This document shows, one piece after another, positions 11,301 through 26,400 of a stretch of DNA of 64,000 bases. The notes beneath the pieces are model-generated. The model was given only the letters and a program-made list of their open reading frames with translations. It was not told the DNA's origin and made no database searches. Positions within the stretch are counted from its first letter, which is position 1. Every line of letters begins with the position of its first letter. The position numbers and the translations under genes were made by a program. The DNA is from Lytechinus pictus (lineage: Eukaryota): the NCBI RefSeq assembly GCF_037042905.1, contig NC_087250.1:15936001-16000000 (forward strand), in the 5' to 3' direction.

Positions 11301-14300
11301 GAAGTATCAATATTGACATTTTTTTGCACAAAATAAAAGCACAAGTTCTACTCTATATGTAGATCAATTCCTAGGCAGCAGTTTATTTTATTTTGGGAGA
11401 TATGTGGGGATTTTCATGGCGATGCTCTACAAATGTTGTGATAACATGCTATTTAAAATCTCATTGGAAAGATAAAAAAAAAATATAGAAGCTTCTTGCA
11501 CTAATATGCTCATACTCTGTCAGCTAACCATCATATCTCAGGGTTCCCAGCCCATCAGGGAATTCAGGGAAAATTGTTATTACTTTTTTCCAGTCGGGGA
11601 AAATCAGGGAATTTGATTTTTTTTAAATACCTGAAATCAGGGGAAAATGCCTCAAATGAGGGAAAAATCAGGGAATTTTGATCGGCCCAAAAGTTGAAAG
11701 CACGGAAGTCAGTCAGTGTTATCTTTTGTTGAATATCAGAGCAACATTTTATTGAATGACTGGTTATTGTGGTACTAATTAGTTTTACATTGTTTTTATG
11801 CTGAAAATACATTTAATTCACTGCAACAACTTAGAAAACATGCGAAACTGGGAATGAGTTTAAATAATTATAAGGGAATTTTCTAACTTCATCAGGGAAA
11901 AATCAGGGAATTTTGTTTTCTTGAAAAGCTGGGAACCCTGACATATGCATGTATTGCCTTTGCAAATTGATATAATGGTTTGCTGATAATAATAATAAAG
12001 ATTGATTTATTAAGCACATAATAGAAAGCTCTCTCAATACGCTTTACAAGGTGTAAGACATAAATATTAATATAATACAAAACAAAGTCATTGTAAGAAT
12101 GCAAACTAGCTAAAAGATATATATTACTGATACAGCATGAAAACAAAACCAAGCATATTTAAATCAAAGTTAACATAAGACATTTGTCAAATAGCATGTA
12201 AATTTTAATTTATTATTGTAAAATTGGAATAAACTAAATAAAATGTATTCATTATTGTAAAATTAGAATAAACTAGCATTATATGGAATTATTTCAACAA
12301 ATGATATAAAAGATACTAAGATTTAGGAAAGAAACTGGTAAGTTTTAAGTAGAGATTTAAAGGACTGTCGCAAGGAAGCCTGGCGGATGTACAGAGCGAG
12401 TGAATTCCAGAGTGTTGGGACTGATTACACATATACAGGGATGCCACTTTTCCGTATTTATACGTAATTCCAGCTTTTTTCCTGCTATCTGTCTTATTTC
12501 TGTATTTCCGACTTTTCCCGTTTTGTGTATTAAAAAAATCGGAAAGTCCTCCTTTTTTCTCCCTATCTCTCCCGATTGCGATGCATGTCGATCGACCGAG
12601 ATATTTGCTTTTATTCAGTACATAATTTATAAACGCGCGCACTGCCTACTACGTTCATTGAGTTATGCTTTTATCAAGGCTTTCTGATTAGAATTCTCGA
12701 TATCCTGGCCAATCAATGCGAGCGACAAGTTCCGAATGCACGCACATAGACAAGCGCAAAGCAGCGGCACGAATCGCGGTATATTAGCGACTGATAAATA
12801 CGTCTGTAAAGATGATGACGTCATCCAAGATGGCAACTTACGATGACCAACGAAGGAATCGAGGATGACTAAGTTTTTATCATCATTTGAAAGGAATTAG
12901 CGGTAACTGCGGTCTAAGATACGATGTTTCTGAATTTTATATATTTTCTTGTAAGTTTGGATGTAATTTTTTTTTTATAATGTGACATTTTATGTACCAA
13001 AAACGATCCGAAAATCGGGTTTCCGCCGAATGTTAGATCTAACGTTACTGCTGCATGCTGATACGGAACCCAGGGAGCTCCGGCCCGGAAAGCGGGCCGG
13101 AGCTCCCTGGGTTAGCTGATACGTTGTCTTTATGTACGCGCCAACAACTCTTCAGTCTATGTATTGGTGAGTGGAGCCAATGCGGTTCAGCTGAACAACC
13201 AAAATACAGAGACTAAAGCTTTTGGTCTAGCGTTCTATGAGAAACACACAACAACTAACTACCGTCAGTTTTTCAAACCTAATTGACTTCAAAGTCATCG
13301 ATCACAACAAGGTAAGAAGCCACTTGGTCCTCGCCCCCTCCCCTAAATTTGAGGTGGGGGCGGACCCCCCCCCCCTCCTAATTTTTTTTTTTTTTTTTTG
13401 CTTGTCCAATTTTTTATCAGTGTCCATCCCAAAATTTAAAGGTGGACCCCCCTAAATTGTTTTTTTCTTTTTACACATTCCCGGCCCGCGATAAGTTTCA
13501 GTATTTTTGGAGGACACCTAGTGGCATCCCTGCATATAAGCCTGTTTTTATGAGTTTTTTTATCAATAAAAAAGAGGAGCACTCAGTTCATCAATTTATT
13601 TAAGATGAAGAAAATAAATCAGCCCCAAATGTATTTGTATGTTGGGGGAAGTATTGGTGTGTGTATGGGTGTACATGTATTAGAGTAGAATAGTTTTTCC
13701 AATCCTGGGTACTTGTGATTTCTCAATGTTTAAATATAAGAATGCAAAAAATGTAACTAATCCCACCGGGTACCCCATTCACCTCGCCTGGGTCGAGTGC
13801 AGCACAATGTGGGTACATTTCTTGCTGAAGGAAAACACACCATGGCTGGGAATCGAACCCACTTCCCTCAGATTGAAAGACGAGAGTCATAACCAGTAAC
13901 CACTAGACCACGACGCCCCCAAAATTGTGCCTTGGAATAGATTATTATGGCTTTTGGGACAAAAATTTGCAATTAGAGTGAACGTGGGTACCCGACTGGT
14001 TTAATTCATTGGATGCAGGGTACTAGAGACGTCAGTTCAAGCTCAAGTAGAAGTAATATGCTAGTGTGCCTTGGAATAGATTATTTGTCAATAGGTGGCG
14101 CTATATAAATATTACTTTTATATTTACAGCCTACAGGAGTTTTAACGAGGAAAAGTAGATCTGTTACTCTCAACCCTGGTGGGGTCATGTTCACTGATGA
14201 TGTCACAACGCCAGCCCCGAACAACAGCCTGGGACAAGGTACTGTATAAGAGAAAGTCAAAAGATTTACTTATAGAATATCAAAAGATTGAATTATAATC

Positions 14301-17300
14301 ATTTTTCATTATTATAAAATGGGTTCAAGGATAAAGATAATGATGAGTGCATTCATTCTATGTAAGCCTTTGCTGTGCATTTCTTTGGGCAGCGCTGTCT
14401 ATTTTTGGTGCTTCAATTTCCCCATAGGGGGCAAAAACTGTTGCCATATTAAATATGCATTATTCAATGGAAATTTTATGGCAATGATTTCGGTGCACAT
14501 AGTAGGTACGCCTGTGGTGTCATACTGAAAGCAGATGTGGCCTATTTGTCTGTGCAATCCCAGAAAATTTTGAGGTTTTCGAACTAACTTTGCACTACAT
14601 ATTCTTCTGAACTGTTTAATAAAACAAATAATGCACATTTTGATTTTTTCATGTTATTGATGATGCAGGCATCTCAGATATATTTAATATTACTCGAAAG
14701 CAGTCAGTGCAAGTGCATCATGCTTGTCGCATATTTCTCTCACCCTTTAATGCACTTCATTGCCACAAAACTCTTTTTATATGCATCATTTGTGTAATAT
14801 TATTTATCGCAGTATCCGAGAATGCATGGTTTACCTCAAACACACGAAAGCAACGTACCGTTACCTCTTAACCTGTCCCTGACTAATTCACCACACTGTA
14901 TGAATTGGCTAAATTGCTCAATGAACTATTGCAACCTGCCATTTGTGAAGTACCGATTTAGCTATAAAGGATTCATTTGCTTGTGCTGAATTAATGTGTT
15001 AGATGTTCTTGTGATATTGTTAGGATTTTCACTAACATCACATTTAATGAAGCGATTGACATCTGTGCAAAGTTGTTTTTCCACAGCAACAGTGTATGAG
15101 GCGCCGTTAAATAATGATCATACAACAAATAATTGTTCTATATAATATTGGTACAAACGGCGCCTCATAACAGTGTGCCCCCCTCTATCCCTGAATCCGT
15201 CTCCATGCTGTGGGCCATGCACGGCATGGACTCTAGTTTTGTTATGAATTTAGATTGCTTTATTTTTTTCTTTCATTACAGTTGTTTCAATCCACAATAA
15301 TCAAACAAATAATCAGGTGGACCTGATACCTATATCCCTGCCCGTGGATTCTATTCCAGAAACAGAATCTTGTAGTGTCAAGCTTATTGGTCAGTATAAA
15401 TTTATTATTTCTGAGATTTGATTTATTTCCATTCTGCATAGCAATATAATATGGTAACAGACAGTGACGGATGACGTCATTCACTCACTATTTATTTTGC
15501 ATTTTATTGTATAAAATATTCTAATTTTCTCCTCATCGTCAAGTGGAACAATGATTAATTCCTCCCTAAACATGTGGAATTATCATTGTTTAATACTACA
15601 TTGTATATGGTTCAGTCAAGTTGGTCCTTATTGTCAAATCTGTAAAATATGAAATATTGTATAATTCAAACAGTAAAAAATAGTGAGTGAGGGACATCAT
15701 CAACTGTCTCATTTGCATGTCACTGAGTTGTGCATATCACTGTTTTGTGAAAAGTGAAACTTTGAAATGGTGGTAATTGGTGGTAATGTCATAAATTTCT
15801 TATTTTACACCTGATTTTCATGAAATTTTCAGCATTATACTAGTTTGATTTTTCTCTGTTTATTCATATCATTTCAAAACATTTCTTCTGGGGTAGACTT
15901 GACCTTTAAAATAATACACATCTAGGTGGGTGTTAGTAAGAATTACATGCACGACTTATCTTAAGAACAGTTTGACCTTTTGAAAGGCTGTTTTCTGCTG
16001 CCCATGCAAAATGATGTGTTTAATATTATTGAAATACATATGTAGTATGATATTATGTTTTGTAAGGCAGCGATGTGAATTACGATAATAAAAGGTAAAA
16101 TCATACTATTTACACAATGAAAACAAGAAAATCAGAAGTTACTCTAAGCAATAAATAAGATATAGAGATGTTATATACAAGAAAAATATAAAGAACAAAA
16201 AGAAGAAAAGAAAGAAGGAGAAAAGAAGAAGAACAGGAAAAAAAGGAAATGAAGAAGAAGAAGATGATGAAGAAGAAGAAGAATGAGAAATGTTAATAAT
16301 AATAATCCGCTTTTATATAGCACTTAATACACCGAAACGACCTGTCAAAGCGCTTTACAGATATATTGGGTGATTTCAAGTCCGGTGTTGTCCTTGGTGT
16401 TGGTTTTGAAATTTGGATTGTCCCCCCTAGCTCCAAAACTTATTCAGAGTTTGTAAAACTGATCCAGATCACGTAATTGACATCTCAACAACTAGTGAGT
16501 GACTTTTCGGGCCCATCTTCATTTTATATTTGGTGTTATAATTGTGTAAAAATTGACCTAACACCAACACCAAAAGGTCAACGCTGAACTTGAAATAACC
16601 CATTATTACCCCGGTCATGGGATTCAATCAGTCATTCCTGCGCACAATGTATGCACATCCTCCACTCCCTGGGGAATATTTCAGTCAGTCGCCATGTAAG
16701 GCGCACACAGTACGGGACAAGCTACAATGACTTTCTCATCCTACCGGGTACCCATATAGATATAGAGATGATACCGGTATATACAAGAAGATAAAGAAGA
16801 AAAAGAAGGAGAAATGTTGCATATTTTTGTTAACTCGTCTGTTTATGAGATTATCTAAAATAGGGAGCAAACTGATTAATATCGTGGGTATCTCATTGAC
16901 AATGTGTTATAAATGGCTAGCCGTGAAATCAACATTTTGGGACAATTTTAAATGATACAGAGGTTGAGTTAGCTTATAAATGTGTTTGTACAGATATACT
17001 AAAATGTTTTTGAGAGGAAAGGTACCTGTTTTGTTACTGGGTAAGATAATTATTGTAATACTGATATATTCAGTTATGAATTAGTGTATTTGGGTCATTC
17101 TCAAAAAAATGTTACAATTCACAAAAAACGTGTCTCGACTATCTTATGGCCGCTAGCTTCACAACCCTGAACATTTTCTACAAAAATATTATCAAGAAAA
17201 TTACAATAATAGACTAGCTCCACAAAGCATATACGACCAGTGACTAATAAAGCTCTAATTTTATTACAAAAGCCTTTTATTTTTGCTTTTTGTTAGAATC

Positions 17301-20300
17301 GACGCTGTCTCGGGTCAGTTTTAGATTTTACTATCATTCTCTTTCCTAAGTAGTCTGTATTTCTTACCTACATTAATGTCTGGTGAGGGCAGCTTGGTGT
17401 AAACGTCCGACATACTGCGCTTATCCTAGTATTTGATGATCCCTTTGTGATTAATTTCACTTTTAACTTTGTCCCAAATTCATTTTAACCTCCGTAACGA
17501 ATACTGCCACAAGTTTTTTTCCCATTCAAACTGAATGATATTATATGATAATGTGTCTACAAGTAGAGTGATATTCATTAATAAATAATTGATAGGGAAT
17601 TATCATATGTGTTTCCTGTATTACACGGAAATAAAGGACTATTCTTAAAAAATAAAATGTATGACTAAACAGCTTTAACATCCGTAACGCACCTTAAGAA
17701 AATATGCACTTTGGCAGTTCTGTTAAGGATTCAGTATCTTATATGATAAGAGACACCTTTCATAATAAATACAATTTTCAAAGGTATGACTGTTAAATAA
17801 GGACCACGTTGGACCATAAAGCATAAAGACATTAACTTCCGTAACGCATTAACTTCCGTAACATTTTTTCTTGAATATGCTACAAATTTGTGCTATACTG
17901 AATCACTCCGGATCATACAGATATAAATCATATAAGGTACCGTCCACCTACTTACCCATACAAATGATAGCTATTCATCCTTGTCAAATTATTATTACAC
18001 ACCTTATTTTTAACATCACTTTGAAAAGAGGGAAAATTGCCAGCGAAAACAATTTCCCGAGAATTATATATATTTAATGTTTTTAGAATTTTAAATAATA
18101 CATACTACAAATTTTGAATATTGGCATCTTCTTTAGAACTTAAGATTTCTAATTTCCTTTGCTATATAAAGTGCATTAACTTCCGTAACAATTACTGTTA
18201 CGGAAGTTAATACACTTCTTTGCTGTACTTTGCTAAGATTGATAGCACGATTCTAGTTCCAGAATAGGTGACATGGCTTTGTCTAATGCTGTAGTCGGCA
18301 GAAATGGTGTAGAGAAAGGGAAGAAGGAGAAACAATTAAGCTTTCATGGACAAGGAAAGAGACAGAAAAACTGTTTGCAATGACTCATGAGGAGGGTTAA
18401 TGTATCACCGATCAAAAATGTGAGCGCAAAGCGCGAGCTAAAACTTGTGAATAGTCTAACCTGAAAACTTGAAATTCTAGCATTTTTTGTAGAAATGATC
18501 AGGATGTTATCTGAATAAACTATTAATGCGAGTACAAAGTGCTAGCTGATTTGTTTTTCGTATTCTGACCGAAAGCTTGACATTCTAAACACTCTTTGTA
18601 CCAATTACAAGGATGGGTATCTTAATTGATGCGACTGTAAATTTTTTATATGTTGATCTGAAAACAATAATTTTTGGACGTTGTAATTTGAGAACAAGAT
18701 ATATATCCAATAAACAATTATTGCAAATGTAAAACGCGCGCTTTTTTAGGTTTAGTCCCCAAAACGGGACATTCTACCAACTTTTTGTAATCATAAAAAG
18801 GATGGGTGTCTTGCTAAGGAAATGATGCGCAGTGAGTGCGAAGCGCGAGCTGAAAATATGTGTCATTCCAATATGAAAACCAGACATCTTAAGCACGCTT
18901 TCAAATAAAGAGGATATAAATTGAATAAAAAATAATTTCATGCAATAGAATACAAAAAAAACAAGTGGGGATTACATGTATGTACACCATCAATCAACTC
19001 TTTTAATATTCATGAAGATATGCATAGACTATATTGTTTCACTAAAATAATGCAAATCTTTAAAATGGCATAACTTCGCTATTCCTTGTTCAATTTTGAT
19101 AATATTTGCAGTATTTTGTTTGTCTGCTTATTATCTGTTCAGATCATATTTTTCAGCCTGGATGACCCCTTTAACGTGCATGAAAAGCGCTTGAATAATC
19201 GATATAGGCCTACTTACATGAAAACATGGAAAGGGGTATTTCAAACTCTCACGGTTTGTTGGAATTTATAAATGAAATACGTATTTCGATAATCAAACAT
19301 TTTGGCTATTCATCATTTTTTTAAATCACGAATAGAATGTGTAATTGCGTATCTCGATAAAACAAACTGATGAAAAAAAATCGCGATTAGATCATATAGA
19401 TTCCATTAATAATTTATGTATTTGTGAATTTTTAGCCTCTTGTTTCATTCACCTTACTTTTTTATTATTCATTTCCCCATGTCCTTTTTTAAATGTTTTT
19501 CCCTCTTTTTCTATCTTTTTTGGCTATTGGCAGGCGGCGGGATTCCTCGTAACCCAGAGAACTCATCCTGGTAACGGGACTGCGATTGTTATATTTTGTT
19601 TATTGCCAGAAACTTTAAAGATGAACTGTAATTCTGTTGCCCGGTTATTCGGTTTTTTCATTCCAACTTTGAACAAGAACGACAATAAAATTACAGTTTC
19701 CGTTTCCTGTTTATGTTTTTTACATTTTTTTTAGGGGGCGGGGTTGGCAAATTAAGCTATGCGTTCCACATTTATCTTTATTTATTAATAAACGGTTATA
19801 CGAATACCTAAATATGGATTTTCCTAAGCTAACAAACAAATACTGAAATTTGTAACTTCATTTAACTTCCGTAACGAAGATTGACAAGGGTACATGCCAC
19901 TCGAGGATTTGATGGTAAAGTATCTTTTGATTCCCAGCATTGGTCATGCATTGCTTAGGATCTCAGGTTATGGATGAAAGTTATTTTAAGGTTGCCTCAT
20001 TCAAATTATGAACATTAAACTGAACGAAAGATGTGCAATGATTTTTATGGTTCTTTTTGTTAAATGTTATTTGGTAAAATCCTGCTTCTGAAAAAGAATA
20101 TTGAATATTTTTTCTATCTTGCAAACATTTTTGCTTCAGTAAATAAAATTGTTGATACCACACTGAAACTTAATGGTGTGCATTTCTATTTCAATCATTT
20201 CAAAGGTGATTTAATTGAGTAACATAAGTGAACAATGCTAACGATTAACCTCCGTAACGTTGATATACAGTGCTTGAGTTAATCCGGTCAGTACTTCAAA

Positions 20301-23300
20301 TTGACGCAACAGCGACATGCCCCTTTTCTGTTGCCACTTTCTCATACATGGTACTTTCACAATCTGTATTTTTCAATCCATTTTGTAGATTTTATTTTTA
20401 CGATTTTTCCTCCCATCAATTGTAGCATTTTTCTGAGAATGACCCATTTATCTAGTGGGTCTATATCACTAGGGGCATTTTCACCACAGATGGACACAGA
20501 GGCAAAAAAATCAAGTTGATATTTATGTCAAATGCTTTATGTTTTTTAATAAAACAAGACCTGAACTTTCTGAGACACAAATTTTTCCGACTCTGGCAGC
20601 CATTTTTTATTTCAAAATGGCTGCCAAAGTATGGATACAAATTAGTGTTGAAAATAGCAAATTGATACATATTTTGTTTTGACAGATTTTTAAAGAACAG
20701 GTTTGATCATGATGTTTTCACCTGTGATTTAGCTTGCTATTATAACACTTTTTTAAATCCCACAGAAAGAAACACCAGTTATTCATTCTTCTGATAAAAA
20801 AACATTGATGAAGTATGTGATATGGTATGTAATGTCAGTTACCGAAAACAAGAACTTTTTTTTCTCATTTCCTGGAAAAGAGGATATATTATATGAAACT
20901 TGGTAGATTTCCTCTCTAGGTAACACCCCTCCCTTCTACACCAAAATTAAAGATTACCAATTAACAATGAAGCCATAGGGTACCATTAAATATATGTAAT
21001 GTCAGTTACCAAGTGGAGACAAAAAACGAATTGTTCAATATTTTGACACATCTTAACCTAGTAACGGAGGTATATTTACATTTTATTCAAATTATTACTC
21101 TATCTACTCAGGGACATGAGATATTTCAATTTTAATGAACACCCTGAAATTGCATGTCCTTTTGCGTAATGTCAGTTACCGACACATTTTTGCTTGCTGA
21201 TGCGTAAAAAAATGTGGTTACATAGGAAAACATAGTATCAGAGTATACAGCAAGGTTCACTTTATTAACTCTATCAAAAGCAAACTCCTATCATTTGTTG
21301 TTTTAGAGATACAGACAATGAAAGGTGTGAAAACATTGTGCCGTGTAATGTCAGTTACCGTGAAAATGCCCCTAGACTACACTGCAACAGAATGTTGCAT
21401 ATGGGTTTATGGACCAGGTCAGATATGAGTAGTTGAGGACTTGAGATGGGGCTATTATGGCTGCTGGTCCGTATGCCTTTTATGGGGGCATTGTGGTCTC
21501 GTGGTCATGACTCTCGTCTTTCAATCTGAGGGACGTGGGTTCGATTCCCAGCCATGGTATGTTTTCCTTCAGCAAGAAATGTACCCACATTGTGCTGCAC
21601 TCAACCCAGGTGAGGTGAATGGGTATCCAGTAGTAAGAAATTCCTCGAATGCCAGAGCACTTGGAGGCAGCACGGCTATAGCCGGGGTAATAATAGCAGC
21701 GCATTAGGCAAAAAGCACATTAAAAATCTAGCTATTATAATTATTATTATTATTAACACTCTCACGCAGTTTACATTTGCATTTATATCCAGGCACTCTG
21801 CTAGGTACGATAGCTACGGATCCTATTCAAGGAGTAGAAAATCTTGTTCAACAACCTACCGGGTGTGGCGAGCAGACTATGATTCGCCTAGCTCCAACTC
21901 TTTTTGTCTATAAGTACCTCCAGGCTGTAGGAGAGGATACAGGGGACCAAGAGGAACTCCTCACAGAATACATAAAAAATGGTAATATGATTGTCAATTA
22001 TACATGACCAGTTACCCCAAAGCCAAAAATAAGTCGCCCAAAATGAATTTTGAGAGGTTTTTTTAGTCATCCTGCCTGAGCTTCAGGTCACATGACCAAG
22101 GTCAATGAACTTCGGGCATGTTGGGGGTATTTGTTGATTACCATCATGTCTTTGAAAGTTTATGGATCTGGTTCATGAAACTTGGACATACCTGTAAAAG
22201 TAATCAAGTATCACTGAACATCCTTTGTAAGTTTCAGGTCACATGACCAAGGTCAAAGGTCATTTAGGGTCAATGAACTTAGATTGTGTTGGGGGAATCA
22301 AAATGAAATCTTAACCAAGGTTAAGTTTTTAGAATGTCATAACTTTGAAAGTTAATGGATCTAATTCATGAAACTTGGACATAAGAGTAATCGAGCATCA
22401 ATGAACACCCTGTGTGAGTTGCAGGTCACATGAATGAGCCAGTGAATATGAGCCAGTGACATCGGTTTTATTTTCAGCTGGGCATACGTGAAAAATAAAA
22501 ACAACATTAAAGCAACAGCAAATATTAAACACGTGATACAGGCTTATATATTTCAAGTACATTAAGGTAAATACATGTACAGGTTTGTCTCACAAACAAA
22601 TTGACCAATCAGATTGCAGGATTCATGAAAAAATGACCAAATAAGAGATACATCTACTTTAGGGGTAGAAACATGTCCTGTCTCTCAGGGTTGTAGTCAA
22701 GGCCAGTACTTTTGAGTCACAAGGGAACTGGATGAAACCTTCTTCCCATAAACTTTGTACACATGATTCGGCCCAAGTCCAGAGGCCAAGGCCGGCAAAA
22801 CATGTGTGGCTTCGCTGCTGGCCTCGGCTACATTCCAGCTCTCTGTTTAAAGACCACATTTGTGGATCCGCTTTAATAATATGTACCGTCAATACTGCAA
22901 GATTGGTTCCCTTGAATAGGATATCCCATCAACACTTGTTATTATATTAACGTGACTACCTGGTGGGTGTTTCATAAAGCTGTTCGTAAATTAAGAGCAA
23001 CTTTAAGAATGACTGGTGAACCTTTCTTAAGCGCTAAACCAGCCCCAATGAGCATTTTGGTGTACATGTATACCATTTACCGCAAGAAGGGATCAGCAGT
23101 CATTTGTAAAGTCACACTTACCTTACCAACAGCTTTATGAAACACCCACCTTGTCATAAAACAGGTTACTCTGTAGTACTCAGTAGAACAATATATCAGG
23201 AAAATAACTGTTTTAACCCATTAGCTACTTGAACCGGGTGTTCCCATTACAAAGCCTTTGGGAATTACAGAATTTAATAGTCAACTGGCTAAGAAGCACT

Positions 23301-23406
23301 TTGATTTATCTCACCTGTACACCAAAGCAAAGTTGCTACATTATAAGGGTTAGATGGTCAATAGAAAAACATTGGGTTCTTATAATGATGATGATGATGA
23401 TGATAA

Positions 23407-23447
<41 letters not shown>

Positions 23448-26400
23448 AGGACATTTGCAATGCTCTGGTTTCCATCATACATGTAAAATGAGGTTTTTGG
23501 CACAGAAAAGGAAACAAAAATAAATATGGAAACCTAAAATAGGGTGAAGAATCGGAATTGCTTAAAAACTTGTGGGAATAATCAGGTTTTCAGAGAAGTT
23601 TTACAAGTTTTGAGTCAAGAAATATTGCCGATGTCTTTTGGAAATTTATTCCATAGAAATGGCCCAGCGTATTGATGTGATCGATCCCCCCATGGATTAT
23701 GAGATTGTAGTACAGCAAGTAAGGATAAGCTAGCGGATATTAGGTTACAAGAGGGATTGTAAGGAGTTATCTCGGTACAGATATGCAGCCAATACACATG
23801 AAGATTGGTAGCACATGCAAGGTATCTTTGGAACAATTCATACATGCCCAAGGCATAGCCGAGGGCATTACGATTGTTTCAAAGCTACATGTAACAAGTA
23901 TGTGTAATTGTTAAGGCAGCGGCAAAATTTGTGTGTATTACATGTTTCATATTGTTATATCAGTAAAGTGCTGTGAAACGATGATTTTAACCGTAGTTTT
24001 TGTAACTAAAATGTTTTGCCCTGAAAAAATTGCGTTTCCCATGATATTTTGTAAATATTGTGCTCCAACTCCTGTGAATTTCTTATGTTTCCTGGTGTTA
24101 AACAACTTGGTAGGTACCTTGGGGTGTTTTACAAAGATTGAAGTGTGACTAGAGTCGCACTTGAATTCCCAGTTGCGCACGCTATAGAAGACATCACCAC
24201 ATTGGTCAGATCATGCGCACGGGACACGCACTACCACTTAACCATCATTCATATTCTATCATGTGTGCATCTGCATCTAAGCGCGACTCTAAGTCACTTA
24301 AATCTTTGTGAAACACCCCCCCTGGTCAAAAATCATATTTTATTGTTCGAAGTTGATATGAAATGATATTCTCCGAAAATTTCCTTCGAAACTTTGCTAT
24401 GCCACATCTTCGAGCATGAGTCCTGCTTTCAAGGCATAATGCTATAATGAAGTGTGGGAATGGGTAATAGAAGGGACCCTTGCAGAATTGGGCCTAAGTC
24501 CGTTGCCGCTAATCCTTTTATAAACAGAGCGCTGGCAGCTGACGCCCATCAAGCCCATCGTAAAACAAGCCGTCACTGATGGACAGCAGAATTCAATTGT
24601 GCGCTGCTCCTACACATCGCGATGTTGTTTGTTCACTTTCAAAAGCAGTACACACAGCAGCGAACGTTAGTTAGCACTATGAAAATTATCGCAGAAACAA
24701 GAAAACAGGCGTGCATAAACATATTTTTTACGTAGTACATCATTTACAACCGCTCACAAAATTGCATTGACATCACCATGCAGATAAGAATAGCTACAGC
24801 AAAAAAGCAGTAAAAATTCGACTGAGAAATGAGCGGAAAGACATTAAAAATGCACCTTTTTAATTTGAGGACAATACTGATGTTGAAAGTCGCACTTACC
24901 TTCGGTCAGAAGTTCATTTGGGTGTATGATTCCAAAGCATTGGCGAAATTTATTAGGATTTTTTCTGATGATCAGTTGACAATTGCACAATATTGAAAGC
25001 GTGAAATAATGTATTGAAAACTGGAAATAAATTGTGCATTGCATTGTAGGTAATATAGGGACTTTCCCTATTAGCAATCGGGGCTAAAACATGACTGTCT
25101 TTGGTCGAAAGAGGGCCAGTGATCGATCGGTGACCATCATAGGCCGAAAGGAGCTTGTGTAAACATTCGCCCCGCGCGGTCGTAGTTACAACAGCGTAAA
25201 GAGAAAGTAAAGTGTATGACAGCAATTTTGACAGCTGGAAATGGGTGGTGGCCATAAAATGCTCTTGTTGAATGTCCAGTTGTAGTGCTGGAAATTGAAC
25301 CCCAGACTTTCATGGTGTAGTCAGGCTCCTCAGACCACTCGACCACGGCACTTTGCTTGGTGGATCCACAATGAAGAGCGCCACCTATTGGGTGTGGCAT
25401 ACAGGCCAAGGTCGACATCACAGCCACAGGCAGCTCACAGCAGTGCTAGTGTACTGTAACGTGACTGTGTGTTCATGCAACCATCCACTGCAATGCCTAG
25501 CATGCCTTGGCAAACGCGAAGGAAGAATTCACCGAAAACAGTCTAAATTTCACAAAGAAATATGCGGCAGGTTTCTCTCCCATCTCATGGACCCCGGTCG
25601 ACAGCATATGCAAGCCGGCCAGCGCAGCATAATTGGGAGCATGGAGTGCCAGCGTGTGCCACAGAGATTATTTCTGATAATGATGATGACTTTTTCCCAT
25701 AAGGCACTGCAAATTTTTGCCAGTCCGCTGCAACCAATAGATAGTGTACCGTATTGTGAATCCACCAAATTCTCTGACTTTACAATGTCTTATTTATAGG
25801 AGTGGCAAGGGAGATCACCTATAGACAACATAACGGTGCCTACGCAGCATGGACTAATCGAGCTGGAAGTACTTGGTAGGTAGAAGCTTATTTCATCACG
25901 ATATTGGATGAAAAATGAAAGAAAAAATAATCTGGAGACTGATCCTGCATATATGCGGGGCTAGAGTCTATGGGAAACGTGTTATAGCAACATCATTCGG
26001 TCTCCAATCAGTTACGAATTCCTCGTCAACCTTTGAACTGCTTTCTTTGTCTTCTCTTTGTAATATTTTTGTCATCCAGCAAGTGTAGGTTTGAATCCCA
26101 ATGCAGCACTTCCGTTGTATTAAGCATTGTATAAAGTGCTATTATACAGCTGTTGCATATTATTAATGGCGCGGTCACGTTTCTCCTCTGGCGGCTGTAC
26201 GGCGAGTCGAAAACAGCAGTTTTAACAATTTAAGTAACAGCTACGCATAGGTGGTGTGAATGAAAATGAATAAAATGACTGTTTTTGACTCGCTGTAGGG
26301 GAAATGTTACTGCACCATAAGCAGGGGTCAATAATAGTAAGGCCCGCTGGGAGAATAGTTTTCGCAACTGAATTGGCTTTCCTTAGTAAATAAACCATAA

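Noticed and set aside
24367..25799. ORFs of 72-148 aa in a moderately GC-richer block of intron 8
   Set aside because: No recognisable motifs, and no exon is needed between exons 8 and 9; probably old repeat debris that I could not classify.
25945..26000. ~55-bp sequence repeated at ~41625-41680 as a possible shared regulatory element
   Set aside because: Cannot be distinguished from a fragment of a dispersed repeat without a genome search.
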